From the IMG/VR virus record IMGVR_UViG_3300020469_000010: DNA of 64,000 bases, one strand, 5' to 3'. Both the position numbers and the translations under genes were made by a program. This DNA comes from a virus. This document shows positions 8,053-15,218 of the stretch, in pieces. Positions within the stretch are counted from its first letter, which is position 1, and each line of letters starts with the position of its first letter. The notes under the pieces were generated by a model, which did no database searches, was not told the origin of the DNA, and was given only the letters and a program-made list of their open reading frames with translations.

Positions 8053-8175
8053 TGAGTTAAATGTATTGATGACGGCACTTCAGTTAATGACTATTGAAGA
8101 GCAACGTGAATGTGAGGAACAATTTGGTATCAAAGTTCCTGCCTTGTTTAACAAACTCATTTCTAATTACGAATC

Positions 8176-8298
8176 ATGAAATCTGAAAAACTGCATGAAC
8201 TTGATGTTGCTGATCTTGAACAATTCCTTGAGGTATGTGAGATTGAAGCAGCACGATATGAGATAACTGTTGATTATTACATTGCAGAGTTTCTATGA
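8176..8298 (+). CDS. Small hypothetical protein (40 aa, ...EITVDYYIAEFL)
   Basis: Hand-translated; ATGA overlap with the next gene; C-terminal motif recalled from cyanophages. Confidence 0.7.
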   Translation: MKSEKLHELDVADLEQFLEVCEIEAARYEITVDYYIAEFL

Positions 8299-8501
8299 AC
8301 AGTGAAGATCTAAGGCAGGAACTTAGGGTTTGGTTCTTATCATGTTTAAATTCAGGATTAGAACCAATTCGTATCTATGAGATGCTATTATCTGAGTCAA
8401 AAGTATTAAAAGACCAAGCACTTGATGATTATGAAAAAACTAGTGAGATTCATGATTTTTTAATTGGTAACTTATCACCAGATGACCCAGACTTTAATTA
8501 A
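8295..8501 (+). CDS. Hypothetical protein
   Basis: 68 aa ORF. Confidence 0.7.
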   Translation: MNSEDLRQELRVWFLSCLNSGLEPIRIYEMLLSESKVLKDQALDDYEKTSEIHDFLIGNLSPDDPDFN

Positions 8502-8805
8502 CTTAGATTTTCCTCATAATCCACCTGAGGGTTATTCTTATCAATTCAAACAACACAATGCTTCCACTATTTCGATTTGGTTATTACATCATCGTCGGTA
8601 TGTTTTTCATAACAGTGATGCAAGTATTTCAACCATCTGGGGATTTTGCAAAAGAAAACATGGAAAGAAAGGAAGCAGTTCGACGACTTATTTCTCCCCC
8701 ATCAACTCAAATAAGATAGGTAAAGAGGTGTCAATAGATGATACCTCTCCCTATACTGCAATGCAACTTAATCTTAATCCTCTTGAACTTGCTCTGTACG
8801 GATGA
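8482..8805 (+). CDS. Conserved cyanophage-type hypothetical protein (FPH.PPEGYSY...IWGF...TSPYTAM)
   Basis: ATG 8482; recognisable motifs. Confidence 0.75.
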   Translation: MTQTLINLDFPHNPPEGYSYQFKQHNASTISIWLLHHRRYVFHNSDASISTIWGFCKRKHGKKGSSSTTYFSPINSNKIGKEVSIDDTSPYTAMQLNLNPLELALYG

Positions 8806-8969
8806 TGGAAATCGGAACAATTATAGAGTATAATGGTCACATTGGACCGATTAAGTTCATGAATGAATTTTCCATTACTTTTACAGTTGCCGAAAATCCT
8901 AGTACATTAAGAGAGGTAAATATGGTTATCTACAACCATTCTTTTGATAAGATTATAGTACATGATTAA
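8805..8969 (+). CDS. Small hypothetical protein (54 aa)
   Basis: Hand-translated; TGATG coupling. Confidence 0.65.
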   Translation: MEIGTIIEYNGHIGPIKFMNEFSITFTVAENPSTLREVNMVIYNHSFDKIIVHD

Positions 8970-9492
8970 CAAAGATATTAAAGTATGTGATAATTTCTGT
9001 GATGAAGAAGTATTCAATAATTTTTGTGAATTATTAGACTCAGAAGATTTTACTTGGTCTTATGATCCAAGTTCTGTCGGTGATGGTGACAACTTTCCCC
9101 AATTAGTTCACCTATTCTTTTGTGCTGAATCACTTAAACCATGTTCTCTCTGGTATGATAATGTTATCGATTTAATCCAAGAATCTAACATTCAAACCGT
9201 GGGAAGAATAAAACTTAATGGAACTTTTAAAGAAGATAAACTTAAAGCTAAAAGATTTCATAGAGATTTTCATTGGAACATTGGTGATTCTGATCTTTCT
9301 CACTTGCGAATTATGATCCTTCATCTTAACACTAATAACGGATATACTCTAATTAAAGATACTGATGATGAGATATATCGTATAAAAAGTGTTGCTAATA
9401 GAGCAATAATGTTCCCTAATTCTTATTATCATGCAGGAACTAATTGCACTGATGAACCATTAAGGAAGGTTTTAAATGTGGTCTATTCTTAA
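8962..9492 (+). CDS. 2OG-Fe(II) oxygenase-like protein
   Basis: HxD (FHRD)...NTNNGYT...NRAIMFP...HAG...R.VLN pattern. Confidence 0.8.
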   Translation: MINKDIKVCDNFCDEEVFNNFCELLDSEDFTWSYDPSSVGDGDNFPQLVHLFFCAESLKPCSLWYDNVIDLIQESNIQTVGRIKLNGTFKEDKLKAKRFHRDFHWNIGDSDLSHLRIMILHLNTNNGYTLIKDTDDEIYRIKSVANRAIMFPNSYYHAGTNCTDEPLRKVLNVVYS

Positions 9493-9706
9493 ACACTTAT
9501 GGATAGTATGGAAGTATTCATTAGGATCATTCTCTGATGACAAAACTAACAACTATGATAATTACATTGCATTACTCAGGACCATAATCTTTATCTCTTA
9601 TCTTATTACTAATTGCTTTATTATTGCAGGAGTTATCCGACACTATGACAATGAACAAATTCAGTGTGATATACAAGAAAGAAAAGAAGTCGGGGTATTG
9701 GAGTAA
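9476..9706 (+). CDS. Small membrane protein
   Basis: WKYSLGSFSD...TNCFIIAGVIRH; hydrophobic segment. Confidence 0.65.
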   Translation: MWSILKHLWIVWKYSLGSFSDDKTNNYDNYIALLRTIIFISYLITNCFIIAGVIRHYDNEQIQCDIQERKEVGVLE

Positions 9707-9809
9707 ACAAGAGGCAACATTCTTTGATATAAGAGATGCTATGCTCTGGGAACGACATGTAAAGGAATTAGGGTGCAAAAACATTGAAATTGTACCATTA
9801 TTCAATTAA
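9645..9809 (+). CDS. Small hypothetical protein (KQEATFFDIRDA..W)
   Basis: ATG 9645 or 9651. Confidence 0.65.
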   Translation: MTMNKFSVIYKKEKKSGYWSKQEATFFDIRDAMLWERHVKELGCKNIEIVPLFN

Positions 9810-9955
9810 AAATGTATTTAAAAACATATATGAGAGTTTCTTAACAACCTGTGGAAAACCCTGTGGAATACCTTCGGAGATACTTCACAGGGTCTTGAGA
9901 GTAACTTTGAAGCACTTTTATGCCTTATTAAATACCTCAACTTATAGTGATCTTA
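9810..9955 (-). ncRNA. Candidate minus-strand non-coding RNA (3' end unknown)
   Basis: Lies downstream of a minus-strand promoter; long hairpin at 9855-9896 whose extra pairs are G-U on the minus strand; no credible ORF. Confidence 0.4.
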
Positions 9956-9961
9956 ACCCGC

Positions 9962-9990
9962 AGTCTACCGAATTTTTTCTGTTTTGTCAA
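9962..9990 (-). promoter_or_regulatory. Minus-strand sigma70-type promoter
   Basis: Reverse complement reads TTGACA-17 nt-TAGACT. Confidence 0.65.
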
Positions 9991-10052
9991 CACCGAAGGA
10001 AAAAAATTTCATAACCCTGACATAAATACTTCTTATGATTTCGATTCTTCTA

Positions 10053-10081
10053 TTGACAGAAGGACTGAAATGCCATATAAT
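10053..10081 (+). promoter_or_regulatory. Perfect sigma70 consensus promoter
   Basis: TTGACA-17 nt-TATAAT upstream of ATG 10111. Confidence 0.85.
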
Positions 10082-10110
10082 AACAAAGAACTCAAATCAC
10101 CAGCAGAACA

Positions 10111-10278
10111 ATGCCTTACGCACAAAAGACAAAGTATCGCATCACTCTAGAGATTGAAGCAATGGATGATTTTAATCCTCATCAAATTGACTGGGAAAAG
10201 TTATTTGAATTGCAAGGAGGAGAGAAGGTCGAAAGTTATGTCGAAGACCTGTCTGTAAAGTATGATTATCTCTGGTGA
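10111..10278 (+). CDS. Small hypothetical protein (55 aa, DDFNPHQIDWEKLF)
   Basis: Hand-translated; follows the promoter. Confidence 0.75.
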   Translation: MPYAQKTKYRITLEIEAMDDFNPHQIDWEKLFELQGGEKVESYVEDLSVKYDYLW

Positions 10279-10297
10279 GTTACTATAAAGAAACCTT

Positions 10298-10382
10298 GTG
10301 CCAGTCATCAAAGTGGCACAGGGTAGGTTGTGTGGGGTCGGTTTTCGTGTATTATTAAAGAGTCAAAGGAAAGCAACCACCC
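10298..10382 (+). promoter_or_regulatory. Early promoter element copy 9
   Basis: gtgccagt-catcaa-agtggcac; tgTATTATtaaagagtcaaagga; ATG 10383. Confidence 0.85.
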
Positions 10383-10727
10383 ATGCGTAAGATCGAAACC
10401 CTGATGAACGCAGCAATCCAGGATAACAAAAACTGGTCTTCAGGGAACACAATGGTAAAAACAGATGATGCAAATGTTTCTCGTGTTTATCTGCATGGAA
10501 ATCATATTGCAACAATCGATGATGATTCAATGATGATCATGGATGGTGGTTGGCAGTCCAATACAACTAAGAGCAGACTGAATGCACTTTGCTCGGAGTT
10601 TTGTGTTGTCGGTGAGCATGTTTTCCAGAAAGATTTTGTCTGGTATGTAAGAAAGTTCGTCGGTGCGATTAACGGCAAAAATGTATACAAGACTGAAGAA
10701 TTCCACAGTGGTTACACATTCGCCTGA
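10383..10727 (+). CDS. Conserved phage hypothetical protein (MRKIE..M..AI...VYLHGN.IA...TTKSRLNA)
   Basis: 114 aa; recognisable motifs. Confidence 0.85.
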   Translation: MRKIETLMNAAIQDNKNWSSGNTMVKTDDANVSRVYLHGNHIATIDDDSMMIMDGGWQSNTTKSRLNALCSEFCVVGEHVFQKDFVWYVRKFVGAINGKNVYKTEEFHSGYTFA

Positions 10728-10749
10728 TCACCTTAACTAACACAAACTC

Positions 10750-10953
10750 ATGCCTGACAACATCATCGACCGGGACAAACTTCAGCAGAATCTAATTGAT
10801 CAGATTCTAGATGACATGGATCTCAAAACATTAATGCAATTAGTTGGTGATCAATTAGATGCAAATTATGATGATTATACCGTCGATGAACTTATTGCAG
10901 AAGTGGCAGAATACTATCCCGATCTTTTAGATCCTGAACTTTCAGATCATTAA
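10750..10953 (+). CDS. Hypothetical acidic protein (...EYYPDLL)
   Basis: 67 aa ORF. Confidence 0.75.
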   Translation: MPDNIIDRDKLQQNLIDQILDDMDLKTLMQLVGDQLDANYDDYTVDELIAEVAEYYPDLLDPELSDH

Positions 10954-10958
10954 TTACA

Positions 10959-10991
10959 TATAGACCTGAGTTATGTCTATAAACTAATTCA
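10959..10991 (+). other. Predicted H-type RNA pseudoknot
   Basis: S1 TATAGAC/GTCTATA; S2 TGAGTTA/TAATTCA (one G-U); 1-nt L1. Confidence 0.55.
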
Positions 10992-11019
10992 TCACTAACT
11001 AACACTTTTCTATCTTATC

Positions 11020-11112
11020 ATGACTCGTCAAATTGCTCTCGGAATGCTTGCTCAAGGTAACACTGGTGCAGAACTTCTGCAGATCCTGGAACTTATTCAG
11101 GAGGGTCTCTGA
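11020..11112 (+). CDS. 30-aa microprotein MTRQIALGMLAQGNTGAELLQILELIQEGL
   Basis: Hand-translated; sits between the pseudoknot and the terminator. Confidence 0.65.
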   Translation: MTRQIALGMLAQGNTGAELLQILELIQEGL

Positions 11113-11120
11113 TTAACATT

Positions 11121-11145
11121 GAGGGCAGTTCATTCTGCCCTCTTT
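11121..11145 (+). terminator. Rho-independent terminator closing the early region
   Basis: GAGGGCAG-ttcatt-CTGCCCTC-TTT. Confidence 0.7.
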
Positions 11146-11146
11146 G

Positions 11147-11175
11147 AGTATAGCATAGATTTATTCGTGCGTCAA
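11147..11175 (-). promoter_or_regulatory. Minus-strand sigma70-type promoter
   Basis: Reverse complement reads TTGACG-17 nt-(TGc)TATACT. Confidence 0.65.
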
Positions 11176-11398
11176 CAGCAGTCGTCGTTATTATGGGGGC
11201 CGGTTATAAAAAAGCATAGAGACCCTAACCTACAGAGGTGACAATTCGACTTCGATATAACACTTAGAAAAAAAATTCCGAGAATAAAAAATGACCCTCA
11301 GAGGTTTTCTAAAAGGGGTCTCCAGAAAGTTGCATATATAATTCGTCGATGGGTTTCAGAATCCGTCAAAAAATTTTCAGTAAAAAAATGGTTCCACA

Positions 11399-11590
11399 AT
11401 GGAAAAACTATATCATATCTACGCAGGAACGCAATGTATATTTGCAAACATCAATGAAGAAGAATTCAAGACTACTTGGAATACAGTGAAGGGTATTGTT
11501 GGATTAATGCAAACGAACTATACTGAATCTGACTTATCTTATGAGGTAGTAACATACAATAGTCAAACAATGCAAGAAGCATCATATTGA
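11399..11590 (+). CDS. Small hypothetical protein
   Basis: 63 aa, YHIYAG..CIFANI.EEEF. Confidence 0.75.
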   Translation: MEKLYHIYAGTQCIFANINEEEFKTTWNTVKGIVGLMQTNYTESDLSYEVVTYNSQTMQEASY

Positions 11591-11606
11591 CCTATATATA
11601 GACAAC

Positions 11607-11635
11607 TTGACATTTTCACTAGACACTGATAAAAT
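11607..11635 (+). promoter_or_regulatory. Sigma70-type promoter
   Basis: TTGACA-17 nt-(TGa)TAAAAT; GAGG RBS before ATG 11659. Confidence 0.75.
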
Positions 11636-11658
11636 TGATCTGAGGTTATTCAAAAACT

Positions 11659-12432
11659 ATGGCAAAAGGATTTACTGTTAAGGCAAATGCACCAAAGAAA
11701 AAGAGTGCAGCTGCTGACTTTGATTACGAGGCAATTAAAGAACGAATGAAAGGTAAGAAGATTGTCTTCTGCTTACCTGGAAGAGGATGTTCATTCACTT
11801 TTCTCAAGAACTTTGTACAACTGTGCTTTGATCTAGTACAGAACAGCATGAGTATTCAGATCAGTCAGGATTACTCATCTATGGTCAACTTTGCTCGTTG
11901 TAAGGTACTTGGTGCTAATGTACTACGAGGACCCTCTCAGAAACCCTGGGACGGCAAACTAGAGTATGATTATCAACTATGGATTGATAGTGATATTGTA
12001 TTCAACACACAGAAGTTCTGGGAACTATGTGATAGTGCATTAGCTGCTGATGGTACAGAGAAGGAAGTAGTTGCAGGATGGTATCTCACTGAAGATGGTA
12101 AGACTTCTTCTGTTGCACACTGGTTAGAAGAGGATGATTTCCGTTCTAATGGAGGTGTAATGAACCATGAGACTATCGAAACCCTACCCAACCGTAAGAA
12201 ACCCTTTACAGTCGATTACACAGGGTTTGGATGGGTATTGATTAAGCATGGAGTATTTGAGAATCTAGAGTATCCCTGGTTTGCACCTAAGATGCAAGTC
12301 TTTGAATCTGGTGCAGTACAAGACATGTGTGGCGAAGATGTCTCATTCTGTCTTGATGCGAAGGAAGAAGGATATGAGATTTGGTGTGATCCACGCATTC
12401 GTGTCGGTCATGAAAAGACAAGGGTACTATGA
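11659..12432 (+). CDS. GT-A fold glycosyltransferase-like protein
   Basis: YDYQLWIDSD (DxD), TGFGWVLI, GEDVSFC, IRVGHEK. Confidence 0.8.
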   Translation: MAKGFTVKANAPKKKSAAADFDYEAIKERMKGKKIVFCLPGRGCSFTFLKNFVQLCFDLVQNSMSIQISQDYSSMVNFARCKVLGANVLRGPSQKPWDGKLEYDYQLWIDSDIVFNTQKFWELCDSALAADGTEKEVVAGWYLTEDGKTSSVAHWLEEDDFRSNGGVMNHETIETLPNRKKPFTVDYTGFGWVLIKHGVFENLEYPWFAPKMQVFESGAVQDMCGEDVSFCLDAKEEGYEIWCDPRIRVGHEKTRVL

Positions 12433-12587
12433 GTGACTTAAATATCTTTTATAAAGGCAGAAAGATCTATGCCAATGTAACTCATGAGGAAGCAGCAGAT
12501 ATTCTTCATGAGTTGGCATTAGAGAAATATGAAGAACAAAAAGATATTGACTTAAACGAATTAGAAATCATTTCAACTACGGAGTAA
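12429..12587 (+). CDS. Small hypothetical protein (52 aa)
   Basis: Hand-translated MSDLNIFYKGRKIYANVTHEEA...; ATGA overlap. Confidence 0.7.
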   Translation: MSDLNIFYKGRKIYANVTHEEAADILHELALEKYEEQKDIDLNELEIISTTE

Positions 12588-12594
12588 ATTTATC

Positions 12595-12747
12595 ATGGCA
12601 GTACGAGCAAAAGTAGGACTAGTAAAGGACGGTTTCTGGAAACCAGGAAAACCCAAGAATACCCGTCAAGGTTGTGGAAAGCATTCAAAGTTTGCTGCTA
12701 GTAGTGGTAATGCTGCGAAGAAGCGTTATCGTGGGCAAGGACGATAA
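12595..12747 (+). CDS. Small basic protein (50 aa, KNTRQG...KRYRGQGR)
   Basis: Hand-translated; GGAG RBS; followed by a terminator. Confidence 0.75.
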   Translation: MAVRAKVGLVKDGFWKPGKPKNTRQGCGKHSKFAASSGNAAKKRYRGQGR

Positions 12748-12802
12748 GAGAGTTATAAAAAAACTCCGACCGCGTTTCTCTCTTCGAAAAAAACCACCGA
12801 AA

Positions 12803-12840
12803 AACCTCTCTGATCAAATAAGATTGGAGAGGTTCTTTTT
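12803..12840 (+). terminator. Rho-independent terminator
   Basis: AACCTCTC...GAGAGGTT stem followed by a T run. Confidence 0.65.
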
Positions 12841-12844
12841 ATGG

Positions 12845-12851
12845 ATAAATA
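12845..12851 (+). promoter_or_regulatory. T4-type late promoter (ATAAATA); further copies at 28787, 29307, 39639, 43445, 50755 (CTAAATA), 55131, 58073, 59774, 59972, 60929/60933, 63792
   Basis: Motif recurs about 15-45 nt upstream of structural gene starts; matches the gp55-sigma TATAAATA consensus. Confidence 0.8.
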
Positions 12852-12875
12852 GGATGATAATACTTGTATATTTGA

Positions 12876-13283
12876 ATGCCTATACCAAAGTTAAGTAGAG
12901 GATTTTTGGATGCGAGTTTAACACTTAAAACAAATCCTTTAAGTAAAGATGTAGTCACTTTAAGAAATCAAGTTGCAATTTCAAGATCAGTTCGTAACTT
13001 AGTACTTACATTTACTGGTGAAAGATTTTTTCAACCTGATCTTGGGTGTCAAGTATATCGTCTTTTATTTGAGAATATTACCGAAATTATTGCTGACCAA
13101 ATTAAAGATGAAATTAGTAGAACCATTGCTCGTTATGAACCAAGAGTTGAATTAGTAAGGAATGGTGTTTCTGTAAATCCTGATTATGAAGGTAATGCAT
13201 ATAATGTAACAATTAAATATAATATTATTGGAGTTGAAGTAACTCCTGAAGAATTATCATTTGTACTACAATCAACAAGATAA
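12876..13283 (+). CDS. gp25: Baseplate wedge subunit gp25
   Basis: AISRSVRNLVLT..GERFFQP.LG...YEPRV; synteny. Confidence 0.92.
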   Translation: MPIPKLSRGFLDASLTLKTNPLSKDVVTLRNQVAISRSVRNLVLTFTGERFFQPDLGCQVYRLLFENITEIIADQIKDEISRTIARYEPRVELVRNGVSVNPDYEGNAYNVTIKYNIIGVEVTPEELSFVLQSTR

Positions 13284-15203
13284 ATGGCTGCTATTACGCA
13301 ATTTGCAAATCTAGACTTTGAAGATATCAAATCTTCGATTAAAGATTACATTCGTGCCAATACCAATTTCACGGATTACGATTACGAGGGATCAACATTA
13401 TCTCTCATCATTGACATGCTTGCGTATAACACCTATGTGGCGTCCTACAACGCAAACATGGTGTCTAATGAGGTATTCATAGATGGTGCCACTCTAAGAG
13501 AGAATGTAGTGTCTCTGGCTCGCAATATAGGTTATCTACCACGATCCAAGACATCAGCAAGAGCAAAAATACGATTCTCAGTATCAACAAGAGATTTTCC
13601 TAACCAACCACGATCTGTAACATTAAGAAAAGGATCTGCTGTTCTTGCCTCTGCAGAATTTGCAGCACAAAGTTTTACCTTTACAGTTCCAGATAGTGTT
13701 ACAGAACTTGTTTCTGATAACAAAGCATTATTTGATAACCTAGAAGTATTTGAGGGTGTCTTAGTTGAAGAAGAATTTACTGTTGATGATAGACAAGTTA
13801 GTCAAAGATTTATCTTAGGTAATGTTGGTATTGATTATGCAACATTAAGAGTTCGTGTAAAAGAAAGTAGTGTTGTTACTGATTCCGCACCATACCAATT
13901 ATCAGATTCCATTTTTGATATAGATGGAGATTCTACAGTATACTTTATCCAAGAAATTGAAGATGAACGATATGAATTGATTTTTGGTGATGGTGTCTTT
14001 GGAAGAAAACTATCAAATGGTAATGTCATTCAAGTTAGTTACCTTGTTACTAATGGAGATGTTGCTAATACTTTATCCAATTTCAAATTTATTGGAAACC
14101 TAACAACAAATAATGGAGATATTGTTTCCAGAGATATATCAAAAGTTCAGACATTAGAACCTTCTATTGGTGGTTCTAAGATTGAATCAACAACATCTAT
14201 TAAGAATTATGCTGGAAGGATATATGCAGCACAGAATAGAGCAGTTACTGCTAATGATTTTAATGCAATTGTAAGAAAAATATACCCAGAAGCAGAATCA
14301 TTAAACTCTTTTGGTGGTGAAGAACTTGATCCACCACAGTTTGGTAGAGTGTTTATTGCTATAAAACCAAAACGAGGTGTATTTTTATCATCCGCAATAA
14401 AAGATAATATTAAAAGAGAATTAAGAAAGTATTCTGTTGCAGGTATTGTACCAGAAATTATCTCTACAAAGTTCTTATTCATTGAATTAAAGAGTGTAAT
14501 TTATTATAATCCAAATAAAGCAGTCTCTGCAGATATTGTTAGGTCTACACTTATTACGAATTTATCTGCATATGCAAACAGTGATGAACTAAATGCATAT
14601 GGATCTAGATTTAAACATTCAAAACTTCTTTCAATAATAGATAACTCTGATAAATCGATTACTTCTAATGTAACAAACATCGAAATTCGTAGAGATATGA
14701 GGTGTGTTATTAACAGACTCGCAGAATATGAGTTATGTTTTGGAAATGCTTTTAATTCTGATGATTTTGAAGGTGGAAATATTAGGTCTACATCGTTTAC
14801 AGTATCAGGAATAAATCATAGTGTTAACCTTACAGATCTTCCAGATGCTGATGATCCAGATGAGGGTGATATTGTTTTAATTAAAACACCATTAAATGGT
14901 GATAATGATGCAAGAGTTCGTGAAAACATAGTCAGACAGGTTGTTGGAAGAGTTAATTACAAGAAAGGAGAGATTCATATATTTGCAATAAATATAACAT
15001 CTACTTCTCAACCACAGAATGTAATTCAAATATCAGCTACTCCATTATCAAATGATGTCATCGGTTTACAAGACTTATATTTACAACTTGATACTTCATT
15101 TAGTAGTCTTGATATGCTGGTAGACAATATTGAATCTGGTGCAGATCCTACTGGTTCTAGGTTCATATTCCCTGAAGAAACCAAATCCATAATTCGCAAA
15201 TAG
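13284..15203 (+). CDS. gp6: Baseplate wedge subunit gp6
   Basis: LDFEDIK...FTDYDYEGS...LAYNT; QNRAVTANDF. Confidence 0.93.
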   Translation: MAAITQFANLDFEDIKSSIKDYIRANTNFTDYDYEGSTLSLIIDMLAYNTYVASYNANMVSNEVFIDGATLRENVVSLARNIGYLPRSKTSARAKIRFSVSTRDFPNQPRSVTLRKGSAVLASAEFAAQSFTFTVPDSVTELVSDNKALFDNLEVFEGVLVEEEFTVDDRQVSQRFILGNVGIDYATLRVRVKESSVVTDSAPYQLSDSIFDIDGDSTVYFIQEIEDERYELIFGDGVFGRKLSNGNVIQVSYLVTNGDVANTLSNFKFIGNLTTNNGDIVSRDISKVQTLEPSIGGSKIESTTSIKNYAGRIYAAQNRAVTANDFNAIVRKIYPEAESLNSFGGEELDPPQFGRVFIAIKPKRGVFLSSAIKDNIKRELRKYSVAGIVPEIISTKFLFIELKSVIYYNPNKAVSADIVRSTLITNLSAYANSDELNAYGSRFKHSKLLSIIDNSDKSITSNVTNIEIRRDMRCVINRLAEYELCFGNAFNSDDFEGGNIRSTSFTVSGINHSVNLTDLPDADDPDEGDIVLIKTPLNGDNDARVRENIVRQVVGRVNYKKGEIHIFAINITSTSQPQNVIQISATPLSNDVIGLQDLYLQLDTSFSSLDMLVDNIESGADPTGSRFIFPEETKSIIRK

Positions 15204-15218
15204 ATTCACTGGTATCAA

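Noticed and set aside
8006-8179. Open frame ...TKVKLTPDELNVLMTALQ...
   Set aside because: Looks protein-like but has no convincing start codon; left uncalled.
9784-10150. Track ORFs 9784-10014 and 9947-10150
   Set aside because: Non-ATG starts; they run through promoter and hairpin sequence, with atypical composition.
33-10319. Dyads as Xer/dif-like tyrosine recombinase sites
   Set aside because: Not supported as a call: the 6-nt spacers all differ, no recombinase is in the window, and fixed spacing to the -10 fits a transcription-factor site better.
33-10385. Repeated elements as a CRISPR array
   Set aside because: Intervals are 0.3-3 kb and contain whole genes; the repeats contain promoter and RBS; no cas genes.
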